DNA of 64,000 bases from Leucoraja erinacea (lineage: Eukaryota): NCBI RefSeq assembly GCF_028641065.1, contig NC_073395.1, positions 14,508,001-14,572,000 of the forward strand, read 5' to 3'. The notes beneath the pieces were generated by a model. That model ran no database searches and was not told the DNA's origin. It saw only the letters and a program-made list of their open reading frames with translations. The first letter of the stretch is position 1. Every line of letters starts with the position of its first letter. The position numbers were made by a program, and so were the translations under genes. Below are positions 12,461 through 24,950 of the stretch, in pieces.

Positions 12461-14060
12461 TGACCCAAAGACTCCAAACTGCACCACTATGACACAACCG
12501 TCTCCCCCAATAGATACACTTGTGACATTACACCAGGCAGACTTTTTATAATGCTTGCAATAGTGCCAGATCTCTTGAAAGCACACAATACATTCCCAGT
12601 GGGGTGCATTGCAAATGTGACAAACCCTGGTACCACAATTGAAATTTTGACAGGAGGGCCAAGATTCATTTAAAAACAAGATACTGCAGATTTTGTGAAT
12701 CTAAAAACAAATGAAAGTGCCAGAGATATGTATCAGGTGGCGTCACTGCAGAAGGGTTACATTTCCAAGTCAATGTTTTATTTCAACAGAATTCGGCTTT
12801 GTTAATATTTGAAGGATCGACCTCACCATCTTATATCGAATGCTGAATTCAGCTTTGGTGAAGAAAAATTATTCATAATCACAATGACTGAAAGGCATTT
12901 AATCTACCTGCTTTTCCTTCAGATTTATAAACATCAGATAGGTTCCATGGGTTATGTGGAAAGGTAATGCAAGTGATNNNNNNNNNNNNNNNNNNNNNNN
13001 NNNNNNNNNNNNNNNNNNNNNNNNNNNNNNNNNNNNNNNNNNNNNNNNNNNNNNNNNNNNNNNNNNNNNNNNNNNNNNNNNNNNNNNNNNNNNNNNNNNN
13101 NNNNNNNNNNNNNNNNNNNNNNNNNNNNNNNNNNNNNACACACACAACACATGTAATATGCCTATTATCCTTCGCTCCATACTGCACCGNNNNNNNNNNN
13201 NNNNNNNNNNNNNNNNNNNNNNNNNNNNNNNNNNNNNNNNNNNNNNNNNNNNNNNNNNNNNNNNNNNNNNNNNNNNNNNNNNNNNNNNNNNNNNNNNNNN
13301 NNNNNNNNNNNNNNNNNNNNNNNNNNNNNNNNNNNNNNNNNNNNACGATAAATATATATCCAGTATATAGTTTCTTGTATGGGAATATATTAACCTCCCT
13401 CAAAGCCACTATTAATTATTTCACTGATGCCTTTCCAAGACGATTCACAATTTTGTGTTGTGAATGTTAACACATTGCATTATGTATAATGAAGGACAAT
13501 TGCAACAAAACAGAACTCTAAGATTCCATTTATTAATAATATAGGATTAATTGTCTGGTGTTTTTCACTTGCAAAATTATACAATGCAAGTGGCTCATTA
13601 ATAATATGCAGCCCAGGTATTTAGAAATAACATTTGTTCTTGTTTTGTTAATTCTATAACTACACGCTAATTATGAAGTGGCTATACTTTGTATGCTCAG
13701 CTGCAAATGCAATCTGTCAGATTGCTCTGTTGGGAGTCTAAGAACGGTTGGTGCTTGCTTGAACGTCATACCTGCTGTGCTTCTCACTCCAAACATGTTT
13801 TCTTTTCCTCCTTCTCCAGTCTTCCTAACACCCGTAATCCCAGTTTCTGTCATACATCTCCCCATTCACTGGATGATGGCGGCAGATAATGATAGAGAGG
13901 ATGTCACTAACATTTAGTGGGAACACACTCTGGTGCAGTGCCGTGTGATTGCTGCATCATTGGAAATATATCTCCTTGTAAGGCATTACATTTCCATCTC
14001 TGTTGGAGGCAACCATGGGTTATTAAATGTTTTAATGTCGAGGCAGAAAAGCACGATTCT

Positions 14061-14905
14061 CAAGATACAAGATACAAGATACAAGATACATTTAATTGTC
14101 ATTTGGACCCCTTGAGGTCCAAACGAAATGCCGTTTCTGCAGCCATACATTCCAAACCCATAGACCCAAGACACAACATAATTTACATTAAACATCCATG
14201 TTCGCTGTGATGGAAGGCCAAATAACCTTCCCTCCCCACTGCCCTCCTCCCCCCCCCCCCCCATGTCAGAGTCAAAATCCAAAGACATTAGGGCTGGCGA
14301 TGGCGATTGGGCGGCCATTAAGCCACGCCGGGTGGTGCGAGGTCGCACACCGGGTCTTGGTGTAAGAGCCCCCGGCGTGCGCTCGCAGAGTCCCTCGGCC
14401 ATTCCAAGCCGCGCGGGGGCGGTGATGTCTTCTCCCCGCTCCAGGGGCTCTTCGACCCCCCCAACTCGGGCGGGAGAAGTCGCCGTTCCGAGAGCCCTGA
14501 AAAGCGGTCTCCCTCCAGGGAGCCGCGGCTCCCTATGCCATTAGTTTGCCGCCGTCCACAGACCTGCCGTTGGAGCCTCCGACCCTACGGTCGGGCCGCA
14601 GCAGCAGCAGCAGCAGCAGCATCTTTCGCTCCTCCACCGCATCCACCCGCTCCGGACCTCGGCCAGCCCCGCGACGGCGACGGTGACTCGTAGCACCAGA
14701 GTCCCCGGTCTCTTCCTGTTGGAGGCCGCTCCTCGTTGCCGGCCCCAATTCCAACAGAAACCCGACGAGAAAAGGTCGGGTCTCCCGTGCAGGGAGAGAT
14801 TTAAAAAGTTTCCCCCCCCCTCCCACCCCCACCCCCGCCCCCCCACACACACACCCCAACAAAAATAACAAAAACTACATAAAAACACAGACAGAAAATA
14901 ATAAG
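14061..14905 (-). mobile_element. GC/CpG-rich non-autonomous retroposon with Rex1-type stem-loop tail and (TATCTTG)n end
   Basis: (caagata)x4 at 14061-14088; hairpin tttggacc-ccttga-ggtccaaa; GC-rich body with (CAG)n and several short hairpins; no coding capacity. Confidence 0.6.
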
Positions 14906-15404
14906 ACCCATCTTACGTTCGATGATGGCAGGTTTTCACACTCGTGTTCCTGGTGATCATGTCAGCTGGTTGACTATCAACTGGACTCAGTGACTTAACT
15001 ACCGTTAATTTCACTAATAAGGTGATTAATTGGTAGATGTTTCACCTGGTTTCAGTGCTGGAATAATTACATTCGGAATTCAATACTGTATACGGAAGCT
15101 CTGTAGGAACGAAATCCTACAGACATTAGGGGTCAGCAGGAGCCAGATTGGGAAATAGATGAAAAAAAATAGGGAAAGTAAGACCAAGAAGTCTCGGGTA
15201 TATAGATGGAGGTATTCTTGTTTCTAATTAATATGTACTGATCTCACATGCACACTCTCTTCCCAAACTATCCCTTCAATCTCCTTCTCCCCTTCCACAT
15301 TTGATCTCCTATTCCATGTTCCTGTCCCACCCCTTCTCTATTCTCTTCCCACACCACATCAAATCTCCCCCCTATTACCACCTCTCCCTATTATTAGTTT
15401 GTAG

Positions 15405-16920
15405 GTTTATAAGTTCCAGGAGCAGAATTGGGCCATTCGATCCATCAAGTCTGCTCCACCATTCAATCAATGCCATATATATCTTTCTCCCTCAACCCCA
15501 TTCTCCTTCCTTCGCCCCATGACATTTGACAAGCTTACTAACCTAGAACTTGTCAATCTCTGTTTTAAAAATATCCAATGACAGCCTCCATAGCTGCCTG
15601 TGGCCCTAAATTCCACAGAATCACCATCTTCTAGCTAAAGAAATTCCTCCTCATCTCTTATCTAAAAGTGTGATCTTTTATTCTTAGGCTGTGCCCTCAG
15701 GTCCGAGACTCTTCCACTAGTGGAAAAATCCTCTCCACATCCACTCTATCCAGGCCTTTCATTATTCAATAATTTTCAATGAGATCCCTCCTTCATCCTT
15801 CTAAACTCCAGCAAGTACAGTACCGTCAAAAGCTCCCCGTACCGGCAAAAGCTCACCAAACATTAACCCAATCTTCCCTGGGATCAGTCTCATAAACCTC
15901 CTTTGGACCCTCTCCAATGCCAGGACATGCCTCCTCCGATATGGGACCCAAAACTGCTCACAATACTTCAAATGCAGTGCCATATAAAGACTCAGCATTA
16001 CACCACTACTTTAATACTCCAGTCCTCTTGAAATGAATGCTGGCATTAAGTTTACCTTTCTTACTGCTGATTCAACCTACAAATTAACCTTTTTGGAATC
16101 CTGCACCAACATTCCCAAGTCCTTTTGCACCGATGTGTGTCAGGGGTTATGGAGAGGAGGCAGGAGAATGGGATTCGGAGGGAGAGACAGATCAGCCATG
16201 ATTGAATGGTGGAGTAGACTTGATGGGCTGAATGGCCTAATTCTGCTCTTATCACCTATGACTTTATGACCTCTGATTTCTGAATCCTATCTCCATTTAG
16301 AAAATAGTCTACTCCTTTATTCTGACCACCATAATGTATGATTCCACACTTTGCTACGCTGTATTCCATCTGCCACTTCTTTGCACATTCACTCAACCTG
16401 TCCAGGTGCTTTGCAGACTCCCTGCTTCCTCTACACAACCTGCCCCTCCATATCATTCACAAACCTGGCCACAAACCCATCGATTCCATTATCCAAATCA
16501 TGAATACATAATGTGAAAAGTAGTGTACCTATTGTAACACCGACCCCGGCAGAACACCACTAGTCAACTGCAGCCAACCAGAAAAGCCCCCCTTTATTCA
16601 CACTCTTTGTCTTCTGCCATTCAGCCATTCTTCAATCCAAGCTTCTATCCATCTTCCCTCTAGCACCACAGGTTCCCTTCTTATTTAGCAGCCTCACATG
16701 CAGCACCTCATCAAAGGCCTTCTGAAAATCCACTGACTCTCCTTAGTTTAGACATCTATTTACAGTACTTCCTAGAAGAATCCCAACAAATTTGTCAGGC
16801 AAGATCCCCTTCATAAAACCATGCTGACTTTGGCCTATTTTATCACGTGCTTTTAAATACTAGGAAACCTCATCTTAATAATGGGCTATTACCAACCTCT
16901 GAAGTCAGGCTAACCTACTA
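15405..16920 (-). mobile_element. Old CR1 LINE (RT to 3' end) with a nested opposite-strand CR1 tail (16115-16270)
   Basis: Minus translation HLKYCEQFWVP..ALERVQRRFMRLIPG and LDRLSECAKKWQMEYSVAKC. Confidence 0.8.
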
Positions 16921-17939
16921 CCAGGCTATTAAGTATCATCATCATCATCATCATCTTCATCAACCAGCTTATAGATGCCCCTTGTTTGCCTCGCTCCCTC
17001 CCTGAACAGTGGAGTTACATTTGAATTTTCCAGTCCTATTCTCCCACTACAGTACATTCCTATTCCCAGTACCATCACCCTTTGTCCCATTCCCTTTCGC
17101 TGGTCCAGTGTGAAAATGTGAGGTTTTGGAAGTCAAATCCTAACTGGACATATACAGTAACTGGCAGGGACCTGGGAGCATTGATGTACTGGGGGATCCT
17201 GGAGTACATGGACATGGCTTGCATAAAGTGGCCACACAGGTGAGAAGGCTTTTGGTATGCATGCCTCCATAGAGTGAATCATCGGGTATAGGAGGTGAAA
17301 CTCCATGCTGCAGCTATACGAAACATTGGTTAGACTGCAACTTAATCAATGCAAGAGTGGTCACATTGACCAAGAATTGAACCAGAGTATTGCTGTAAAA
17401 TTCCAATGTAGTCCAAGGTAGAGGAGGCGTTCGTTCATTGCCTTTCTTGATTGAAGCAACATGATTCTTATTCCTGCTGATAAACCAAAAGAGTTCAGAA
17501 GTCAATTAGATCAGGCACGTTTCAAAGCAGTTGAGGAGCAGGCATATGCGGGGGAGGCACACTGTAAGAGGCTGCAGATGCTGGAACCTTGAGCAAGAAA
17601 CAAACTGCAATTTGCTTCCAGCTCCAGGCACGCAGCGGAACCTGGGATCAGAATGGGACCAGTAACCTGGCGAGCGCAACACTCTCACGCTTTACTTGGC
17701 TGCAATGAACCTCCATGTATGAGAAACAGCTTGCAGTATTGCCAGCTCATTAACCTTGTTACACTCCTGTTTAGTTCAGTCAATTCTTTTAATTAAGTAT
17801 TTGCATTTCAGCTTTCAATACAATTTTAATAAATAATATAAAAACTGGTGGAGTCGTCCATAGCGAAGAGGGTTGCCTACGGATACAGTGGGGTCTCGAT
17901 CAGCTGCAAAGTTGCGCGAAGCAGCAGCAGATGAACTAG

Positions 17940-18285
17940 TTAGATGCACAGAGTCTCCTGCCCAGAGTGGGTGAATCGAGGACCAGAGGACATAGGTTTA
18001 AGGTGAAGGGGAAAAGATTTAATAAGAATCTGAGGGGGTAATGTTTTCACACAATGAATGGTCGGTGTATGGAACAAGCTGCCAGAGGAGGTAGTTGAGG
18101 CTGGGACAATCACAACATTTAAGAAACAGTTAGACAGGTACATGGATTGGACAGGTATGGAGGGATATGAACCAAACCCGGGCAGGTGGGACAAATGTAG
18201 CTGGCAGATGTTGGCCAGTGTGGGCAAGTTGGGCCGAGACGCCTGTTTACAAAGTGTATCACTCAATGACTCTATGACACTATGA
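17940..18285 (+). mobile_element. CR1 3' fragment nested in an older CR1 (17850-18900)
   Basis: VGVWNKLPEEVVEAGTITTFKKQLDRYM; tail tgactctatgacactatgac. Confidence 0.85.
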
Positions 18286-18618
18286 CATTTCATACAGGAA
18301 AGTGTGAGGTAATGTACATTTGGAAGTCAAATCCTAACTGGACATATATAGTAACTGGCAGGGACCTAAGGAGCATTGATGTACTGGGAGATCCTGGAGT
18401 ACAAGGATATGGCTTGCATAAAGCAGCCACACAGGTGAGAAAGGCATTTGGTGCGTATGCATCGATAGACTGAATCATTGAGAATAAGAGGCAAAAGACC
18501 ATGTCGCAGCTGTACAAAACATCAGTTAGACTGCACAGATTCCCGTGTGCAGTCCTGGTTGCCACACTGTAGGGAAGGATGTGGGCGAGGTTGTGACTGA
18601 AAGCTTCACCAGAATGTT

Positions 18619-18840
18619 GATGAAAACACAAAATGATGCAGGAACTCAGCAGGTCAGGCAGCATCTGTGGAGGTTATGGACAGGTGATGTTTCAGGTTGA
18701 AATACTTATTCGAGTCCTGAAGTCTGAAGATGGGTCCTGATCTGAAACACCAGCAGTCTATTCCCTCCCTAGATGCCGTCGGTGTTCCTCCACCCACTGT
18801 GTGTTCTGGTCAAGATTCCAGCATCTGCTGTTCCTTGGAC
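18619..18840. mobile_element. Fold-back Penelope-derived insert with degenerate hammerhead; TSD cttcacc(a/t)gaatgtt (18604-18618 / 18841-18855)
   Basis: Inverted arms around ctgaagatgggtcctgatctgaaac at ~18724. Confidence 0.7.
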
Positions 18841-18919
18841 CTTCACCTGAATGTTACCTGGAATGGACGATTCTGGTAGAGGTTGGAAGGGCAGGGTTTA
18901 TTTAGTCTTACTGTAATTA

Positions 18920-19300
18920 CCGTAAGGGTAATCTTGGAGTGGTGAACACTGCCCAGTCCCTCACAGTTACTGACCTCCCCACTGTTGGAATTATCTACAG
19001 GAGGTGCTGCAGCATAAATTCAGCCAGCATCATCAAAAACCCACACCACCCTGGCAACAATCTCATTTCATTCCTGCCATTGGGGAAGAAGGTATAGGAG
19101 CTGAAAACTATATCGTTCAGGTTTAGGAACAGCTTCTTCCCAATAACCACCAGGCTATAGAACACGACAAACTCCAACTAAGCTTCAAACTACAAACTGC
19201 TTTGATTTCACTGGAGACTTCAAGATTATTTTATTTTGCACTATATTTTTGAATTTATTGTATTTGTTCTTTATTATGGTATCTATTCCATGTTTACATA
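18920..19300 (+). mobile_element. Rex1/Babar 3' fragment
   Basis: cagcatcatcaaaaacccacaccaccctggc...aggaacagcttcttccc. Confidence 0.7.
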
Positions 19301-19309
19301 TCTGTCGTT

Positions 19310-19700
19310 CCCTCTCCCCTCCCCCTCCCCCTCACCCTCCCTCTCCCCTTCCCTCACCTTCGCCCCTCTCCCTCTCCCCCTCCCCCTCCCCCTCCCACCC
19401 CCTCCCTCTCCCCTTCCCTCACCTTCTCCCGCTCCCCTCTCCCGCCCCCTCCCACTCCCCCTCCCTCTCCCTCTCCCCCTCCCTTCCCCTTCCCTCACCT
19501 CCCTCTCCCTCTCCCCCTCCCCTCCCTCTCCCCCTCCCCCCCCCTGTTTCTCCTCCCCTCTAGCCCCGTCTATCTCTCTCCCCCTCCCTCTCCCCCCTCC
19601 CTCTCCCTCCCCCTCCCTCCCCCTCTCCCCCCTCCCTCCCCTTCCCCCCCCCCCTCCCCCTCCTCCCCCCTCCCCCCCTCCCTCCCCCCCCCCCCCCCCC
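19310..19700. repeat. C/T-rich low-complexity tract adjoining an N-run
   Basis: (CCCTCT/CCCCCT)n; the Pro/Gly-rich ORFs here are artefacts. Confidence 0.95.
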
Positions 19701-19847
19701 NNNNNNNNNNNNNNNNNNNNNNNNNNNNNNNNNNNNNNNNNNNNNNNNNNNNNNNNNNNNNNNNNNNNNNNNNNNNNNNNNNNNNNNNNNNNNNNNNNNN
19801 NNNNNNNNNNNNNNNNNNNNNNNNNNNNNNNNNNNNNNNNNNNNNNN

Positions 19848-19959
19848 TATTCAGCATTTGCAATTACAGTGTACCAAACGTACATTTACGTTCAATGGTT
19901 ACAATACATCAAACAGTCATTATAAAACAATGGTGGTGCAAACAATATGAACAATGCTC

Positions 19960-19990
<31 letters not shown>

Positions 19991-20166
19991 ACCGCAGTGA
20001 CCAGCGTTCACGGAAGTCCTCCGGAGTCCTCGTGGACACTGCGTGTTCCCTCTCCAGGGACACGCGAGCATGGACATCGGCCCGGAAGAGGGGCTGGCAG
20101 CCGACTATGGTGTGACCATCGACCGCCCGCTGCCTGGTCCCATGAATGGCCATCGTAGCCAGGCCC

Positions 20167-20167
<1 letters not shown>
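19848..20167 (-). mobile_element. Tx1-clade LINE 3' end inserted in a (TC)n/(GA)n microsatellite
   Basis: Minus translation [44 protein letters not shown] resembles Tx1 ORF2 C-terminus; poly-G then AT-rich 3' UTR ending at gaata next to the N-run. Confidence 0.6.
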
Positions 20168-20244
<77 letters not shown>

Positions 20245-20252
20245 TCTCTCTC
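20168..20252. repeat. (TC)n microsatellite
   Basis: Direct. Confidence 0.97.
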
Positions 20253-20259
20253 CCTTGAA

Positions 20260-20500
20260 GTCTCTCTGTATGAAGTTTGCATGATCTCCATGTGGCTAAG
20301 TGGGTTTCCTCCTGGTCCTCCTGGTTTCCTTCCCAAAGACGTGCGGGTTTGTGGGTTAATTGTCCTCTTTATATTGCCCCTGGTGTGCAGGGAGTGGATG
20401 CAAAAATGAACTTGTTTGACTGGGTGATCAATGGTCAGTGTGGACTCGGTGGGCCAAAGGGCCTGTTTTCATGATGCGTCTTTCAACCAATCAATCAATC
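20260..20500 (+). mobile_element. V-SINE body and tail with (CAAT)n end
   Basis: V-domain, ggtgggccaaagggcctgtttt, caatcaatcaatc. Confidence 0.75.
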
Positions 20501-21321
20501 TATCCAGTCAGGTTCATAAAGAACAACGACCTTTCTAGTGGAGGAAGAGTAAAGGCAAAGGATAGTAAAGAGCTAAAATGCTACTAGTCATAAATAGCAC
20601 ATCAAAAAGCAATAGAAAGTGAACAGACTGGGAGTCATGCCATAAGAAATAAATCCTTTTGATAACCAGATTTCTAAAACTTGACTGTAATGTACTCCAC
20701 TTATTGTTTATTCGGTGGATGGTTCTCCTATTTTACATTGTTGACACCTGATTCATGCCAAGATAGGTTTAAATCATCGAACGTCTTACAGCCCATTCTC
20801 GTTCTGTTTCTCAAAACAATGAATCACATTATATTTCTATCTGATCATGTTTTGAATTATTGTGCAAAGTGCTTATCAAAAAACATTTTGCAGCAAGCCA
20901 GAGTCATATAACAAGTTTAATGCAGTGAAGCTTTCCCTCGATGCACTTAAGACTCTAATCTGAAATGTATCCTCCTCCTCCTGGTCAGTCCATCCACCCA
21001 CTGAGGTAACTGTTTTCATGCAGCTCACCTATCAAACCTTCAATCTTTTTAAAGACCAGCTAGATCATTCTTTTACACTGAAGAAAAGCATATACGATCA
21101 ACACTGGCTCTGCTCATAATTCAACCACCAGCCTCATCCTGCTTTTGCTGCACCCTCTCCAATATATCCTTCCTGAAATACAATGCCCAGTACTGAATAT
21201 ATAGTCTCCACAAATGGGCTAACCAATTTTCTTTTCATGGATTACATAGGTTCTTTTGAATGCTGGTAAATGTAAGGATCAGGATTGAAAACCATGAGGA
21301 GATCTGAGTTATCATTTTTGG

Positions 21322-21433
21322 GTACACTAGTCCGAAATGCGTGCACTAGTCTTCATTGAAACAGGTGCACTAGTCTTCATTGAAACAGGTGCACTAGTCC
21401 TAAGGTTTCCCATTGAAACAGGTGCACTAGTCC
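21322..21433. repeat. 24-bp minisatellite gtgcactagtcttcattgaaacag (about 4-5 units)
   Basis: Direct; gives the TSAPVSMK repeats in the ORF track. Confidence 0.9.
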
Positions 21434-21436
21434 TTA

Positions 21437-21906
21437 AGGGCCTGCCCCACAAGCAAGCGACTGCATGCGCCAAGCGCGACCATCCCGGAGGTGGGGGCAG
21501 CGCGGGGGTTGCGCGGAGGTCGAGTGATCCCCGTACAGGGCTGGTCCCACTAGCATGCGGCAAGCACGACCAACACGGAGGTGGGGGCAGCGTGGAGGTT
21601 GAGTGAGTGATGTGAAGTTCGAGCGAAGTCCGCGGGAAGTTCGCGCGTGACGTACGGCGTCAAGACGCTGTGTATGCCCGTCGAGGCGGTGCATATGGCC
21701 TCAATGCGGCTGCAGGCCGGCAGGCGTTGCCGCGCGGAATTTTTGAACACTGTCAGTTTTCTGGAGCCTCACGTGATATCGGGACCAGCTCCGCACAACT
21801 CCATACGGCTCCGGTGATCAACGTGGGACCGGCCCCACGAGGCCAGACGGCTCAAGCGACCACGTTAGGTCGTGCTCGCCACATGCAGTCGCATGCTCGT
21901 GGGACA
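21437..21906. mobile_element. Harbinger/PIF-type MITE, same family as 52510-52870 in opposite orientation, with an internal duplication of the left end
   Basis: TTA|agggcctgccccac ... cagtcgcatgctcgtgggaca; right tip eroded. Confidence 0.8.
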
Positions 21907-23224
21907 TCAGTCTGGCTTCTCATGGAATTGACTGCATCAACCCTAGGGTTCCTCCAGGAATCCAGTGCCACCTGCCTTGGGGCCACAAAAGCTTTCCACT
22001 GTATCTCGGAACGAGTGACAATAATAAATGCAGATACTGGCATAACTTCTGAACATAGACACAAAATGCTGGAGTAACTCAACGGGTCAGGCAGCAGCTC
22101 TGAAGCAAAATATGGAAAAAACGAGGAGATCTGAGTTGCCTAGGTGCCACGATTGGTATCCCTTTGGGGGCTAGAGCATGATAATTATGTACCCGGCACC
22201 CGAGGGATTAGTCATTAGAGACATGATAAACTGCCCCAGATTTTACATCCTCCATCAGGACAAATTATTGACTGGTTCCGTCAGTTTCTGTCTCTGCTTT
22301 CCCTTGTGTGGAACTCCTGAGCGGTAAAAGGAAACAAACGTGGGACTAATTACATTTTCATGGAAATAAGGGTAAAGCTGCTTATGCTGCCCATGCTCAC
22401 CCTTGCGGTTCTGATATATTGGCAGTGAACCGTCTTGATCTGTTCTGCTCCATGGGGTAAAGTCATTTACACATGTCACAGCATTAGTAGGACACAGAAG
22501 AAAATATTTGGCCTGTCAAGTTTGCACAAGCTGGTGGTAGAGCAATCCAGTCAATTCCATTCCTTCTATTTCCCCTACACCAAGGCAGGCGAATGGGGTT
22601 GGGAGGGAGAGATAGATCAGTCATAATTGAATGGTAGAGTAGACTTGATGGGCCGAGTGGCCTCATTCTGCTCCTATCACTTACAAACCTATGAACATAG
22701 GTCAAATACGGGCACATGAAACTAATGTACAGTATGCTTGGCAAGGACAAGTTGGGCCAAAATGATTCTTTCTCGATGCTGTGTCTCTGTTATTCTTCCA
22801 TGTTTTCCAGGATTGGGTACAGGGACCGTGTTTCTTTTTTAATATGCATGTATGATTTATGCAAGAGTGTGCATGGTTAAAATTTCATTTTTTACAAGTG
22901 TTGGTAACAGATATAATAATAGGCTACAAGAGGGTACATGGGTAGGTTGTTGAGTAGGCAGACAAGTGGCAGATGAGATTGAATGTAACTGGGAAATGTG
23001 AAGTAATGCACTTTGGCAGAGCAAAATATATGCAAATGCTAATGCAAAGATGGGGAGGGAGGGGAGGACCAGTGTATGTATGTGTCCATATTATGTGTGT
23101 GGCCAGGCAGGGTTTATTGAGAAAGTTGTTGGTAAAGAATAGGGGAAACTAGACTTCATTATAGAGACAGAATGCAAAATCAGGGAAGTTATGTTGAACA
23201 ATTATAGACCTGCATTTCATCCTG

Positions 23225-23660
23225 ACATGCGGTGTTGTCTGTGTGGAGTGTGTACGATCTCCCGTTGACCACACGGGTCTCCTCCGGATGTTCCGGTTTC
23301 CTTCCACAGCCTAAAGATGCGTAGGCGGTACAGTGGGCGCAACTGGTAGAGCTGATGTATTCCAAGGCCAGAGACCCGGGTTTGATCCTGACCTTGGATG
23401 CTGTCAATGTGGAGTGTGCACGTTCTCCCTGTGATTGTGTGGGTTGCCACTGAGTGCTCCGAGTGTCCTCCTACATCCCAAACACGTGCAGGCTTGCAGA
23501 TTAATTGGCCCTGGGAGCATAGGGAGCGGATGCAAAAGCAGGATGACAGAACTGATGTGAACCATCGATCAATGGTCTGCATGAGTAGAATGTGCTGATG
23601 GTCCTATTTCTATGCTGTATCTTTCAATCAGCCAATCAATCAATCAATCAATCAATCAGT
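23225..23660 (+). mobile_element. Two tandem V-SINE pieces with (CAAT)n tail
   Basis: Two V-domains (23235-23320, 23400-23500); head at 23325. Confidence 0.75.
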
Positions 23661-24354
23661 CAAAATCGTCTCTGACCTGCTCCAACGAGAATATATCTTC
23701 CCTTAAGTAAGTGAATCAGAATTGTTCCTCTGCATAAAGTCATATTAATGACGTACAGTTGCAGTAAGATTTCTCTACTTTTGAAATTAGAGGCAACATC
23801 TCATGAGGTTGCTGGACCTCGATGTTAGCTTTTTGTATTTCATTCATGATCAGCCCCTAAATCCCTTTATGCTGCAGCTTTCTTCCTTTAAATAATAACC
23901 ACTTTTTATCTTTTTTTCTAGCATAAGCAACCCTACATTTCCACAATTTATGCACATTTTTGCTGTGCACTAACTGGCCACCAGGCATTCTTCATTGACT
24001 GCACTTCAAACAGACTGTTGGTTGTATAGCCTGTACAAAATGCATTGAGTTCGCTATTTCAGTACAGCATGCTTGCTTTCGACGCCAGCCTGGGGTCTTT
24101 AAGCGTATTATTTTAAGTGTGTTATCACTCGTAGCATGAGAATACTAAATGGCCGATGCAGTTCTGAGTTTTATCAAAACTGAACAGAAAATTCATGTGA
24201 ACAGTTGCTGAGAAATAAAAGCCTAATGTATTTCTGGCACGAACGGAAAGAAATAAGTGATTGTGATCTAAAAGCCAAAGGCCGTGCTTGCAAGATAGCC
24301 AAGATTGGGAGTTATATATTTCAGGATGACCAAAGGGATATCCAACATATGACA

Positions 24355-24950
24355 CGAGACACTGCAGATGCTGGAATCCTGCATTTAAAAACAGGAGGAG
24401 GTCAACAGATCAGGCAGAGTCTATAGATGGAAGAGTCAGATGATGTTTCGAGGCCAGATCCTTCTTCAGACTGACGATAGACACAAAATGCTGGAGTAAC
24501 TCAGTGGGCCCGGCAGCATCTCTGGAGAGAAGGAATAGGTGGCGTTTTGGGTCGAGATCCTTCAAACACTGGCAGTTAGAAATGAAAAGGTCGAAAGAGG
24601 GTAGAATGCCATCCGGGGAGGTCCAGGAGGAGGGGGACCAGTGGAGGCAAGAGAAGGGGTCACCTCTGGCTGATGAGGACTCGTTCCCATAGAAAAAGGC
24701 TCGCAGACGGAGGGGACTGAAGCAAAGCTCAACGTGGTGGTGTACCTGGAACTCGTTGATATGGGGGCAGAGTCTTCTTCAGACGGATGAAGTAGAGAGC
24801 ATAAAGCTGCAATAGTGAGGTGTCGATGGGGCAATACCTGGCAAGTGAAAGATGGATGCGGTGGAGGGAGGAGGGGATATAGCTATGATAGCCAGGTGAG
24901 GAAGAGGCATAATAGCTGGATACAGGTGAGGGGTGGGTTTGGTTGTGGAA
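24355..24950 (-). mobile_element. Inverted Penelope segments, including an ORF N-terminal remnant after a degenerate hammerhead
   Basis: Minus translation of ~24685-24762 INEFQVHHHVELCFSPLRLRAFFYG (PLE N-terminal-type motif), preceded by gtctgaagaag; terminal-repeat copies at 24355-24565. Confidence 0.6.

Noticed and set aside
13820-13980. Plus-strand exon after a strong polypyrimidine acceptor
   Set aside because: All frames stop before a convincing donor; no recognisable protein
14220-14800. CpG-island promoter of a host gene
   Set aside because: The GC-rich block is bounded by a retroposon-type tail and no exon or gene is associated; better explained as a repeat
19236-19925. Pro-rich / Gly-Arg-rich ORFs
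   Set aside because: Translation of a C/T-rich simple repeat plus Ns
21322-21433. CRISPR-like appearance of 24-bp repeats ending attgaaac
   Set aside because: Units are head-to-tail with no unique spacers, the context is eukaryotic, and there are no cas genes; this is a minisatellite
24669-24695. CTGATGA...GAAA hammerhead on the + strand
   Set aside because: Stem II does not abut GAAA and no helix III or cleavage triplet is present; it lies antisense within Penelope ORF remnants and is likely chance
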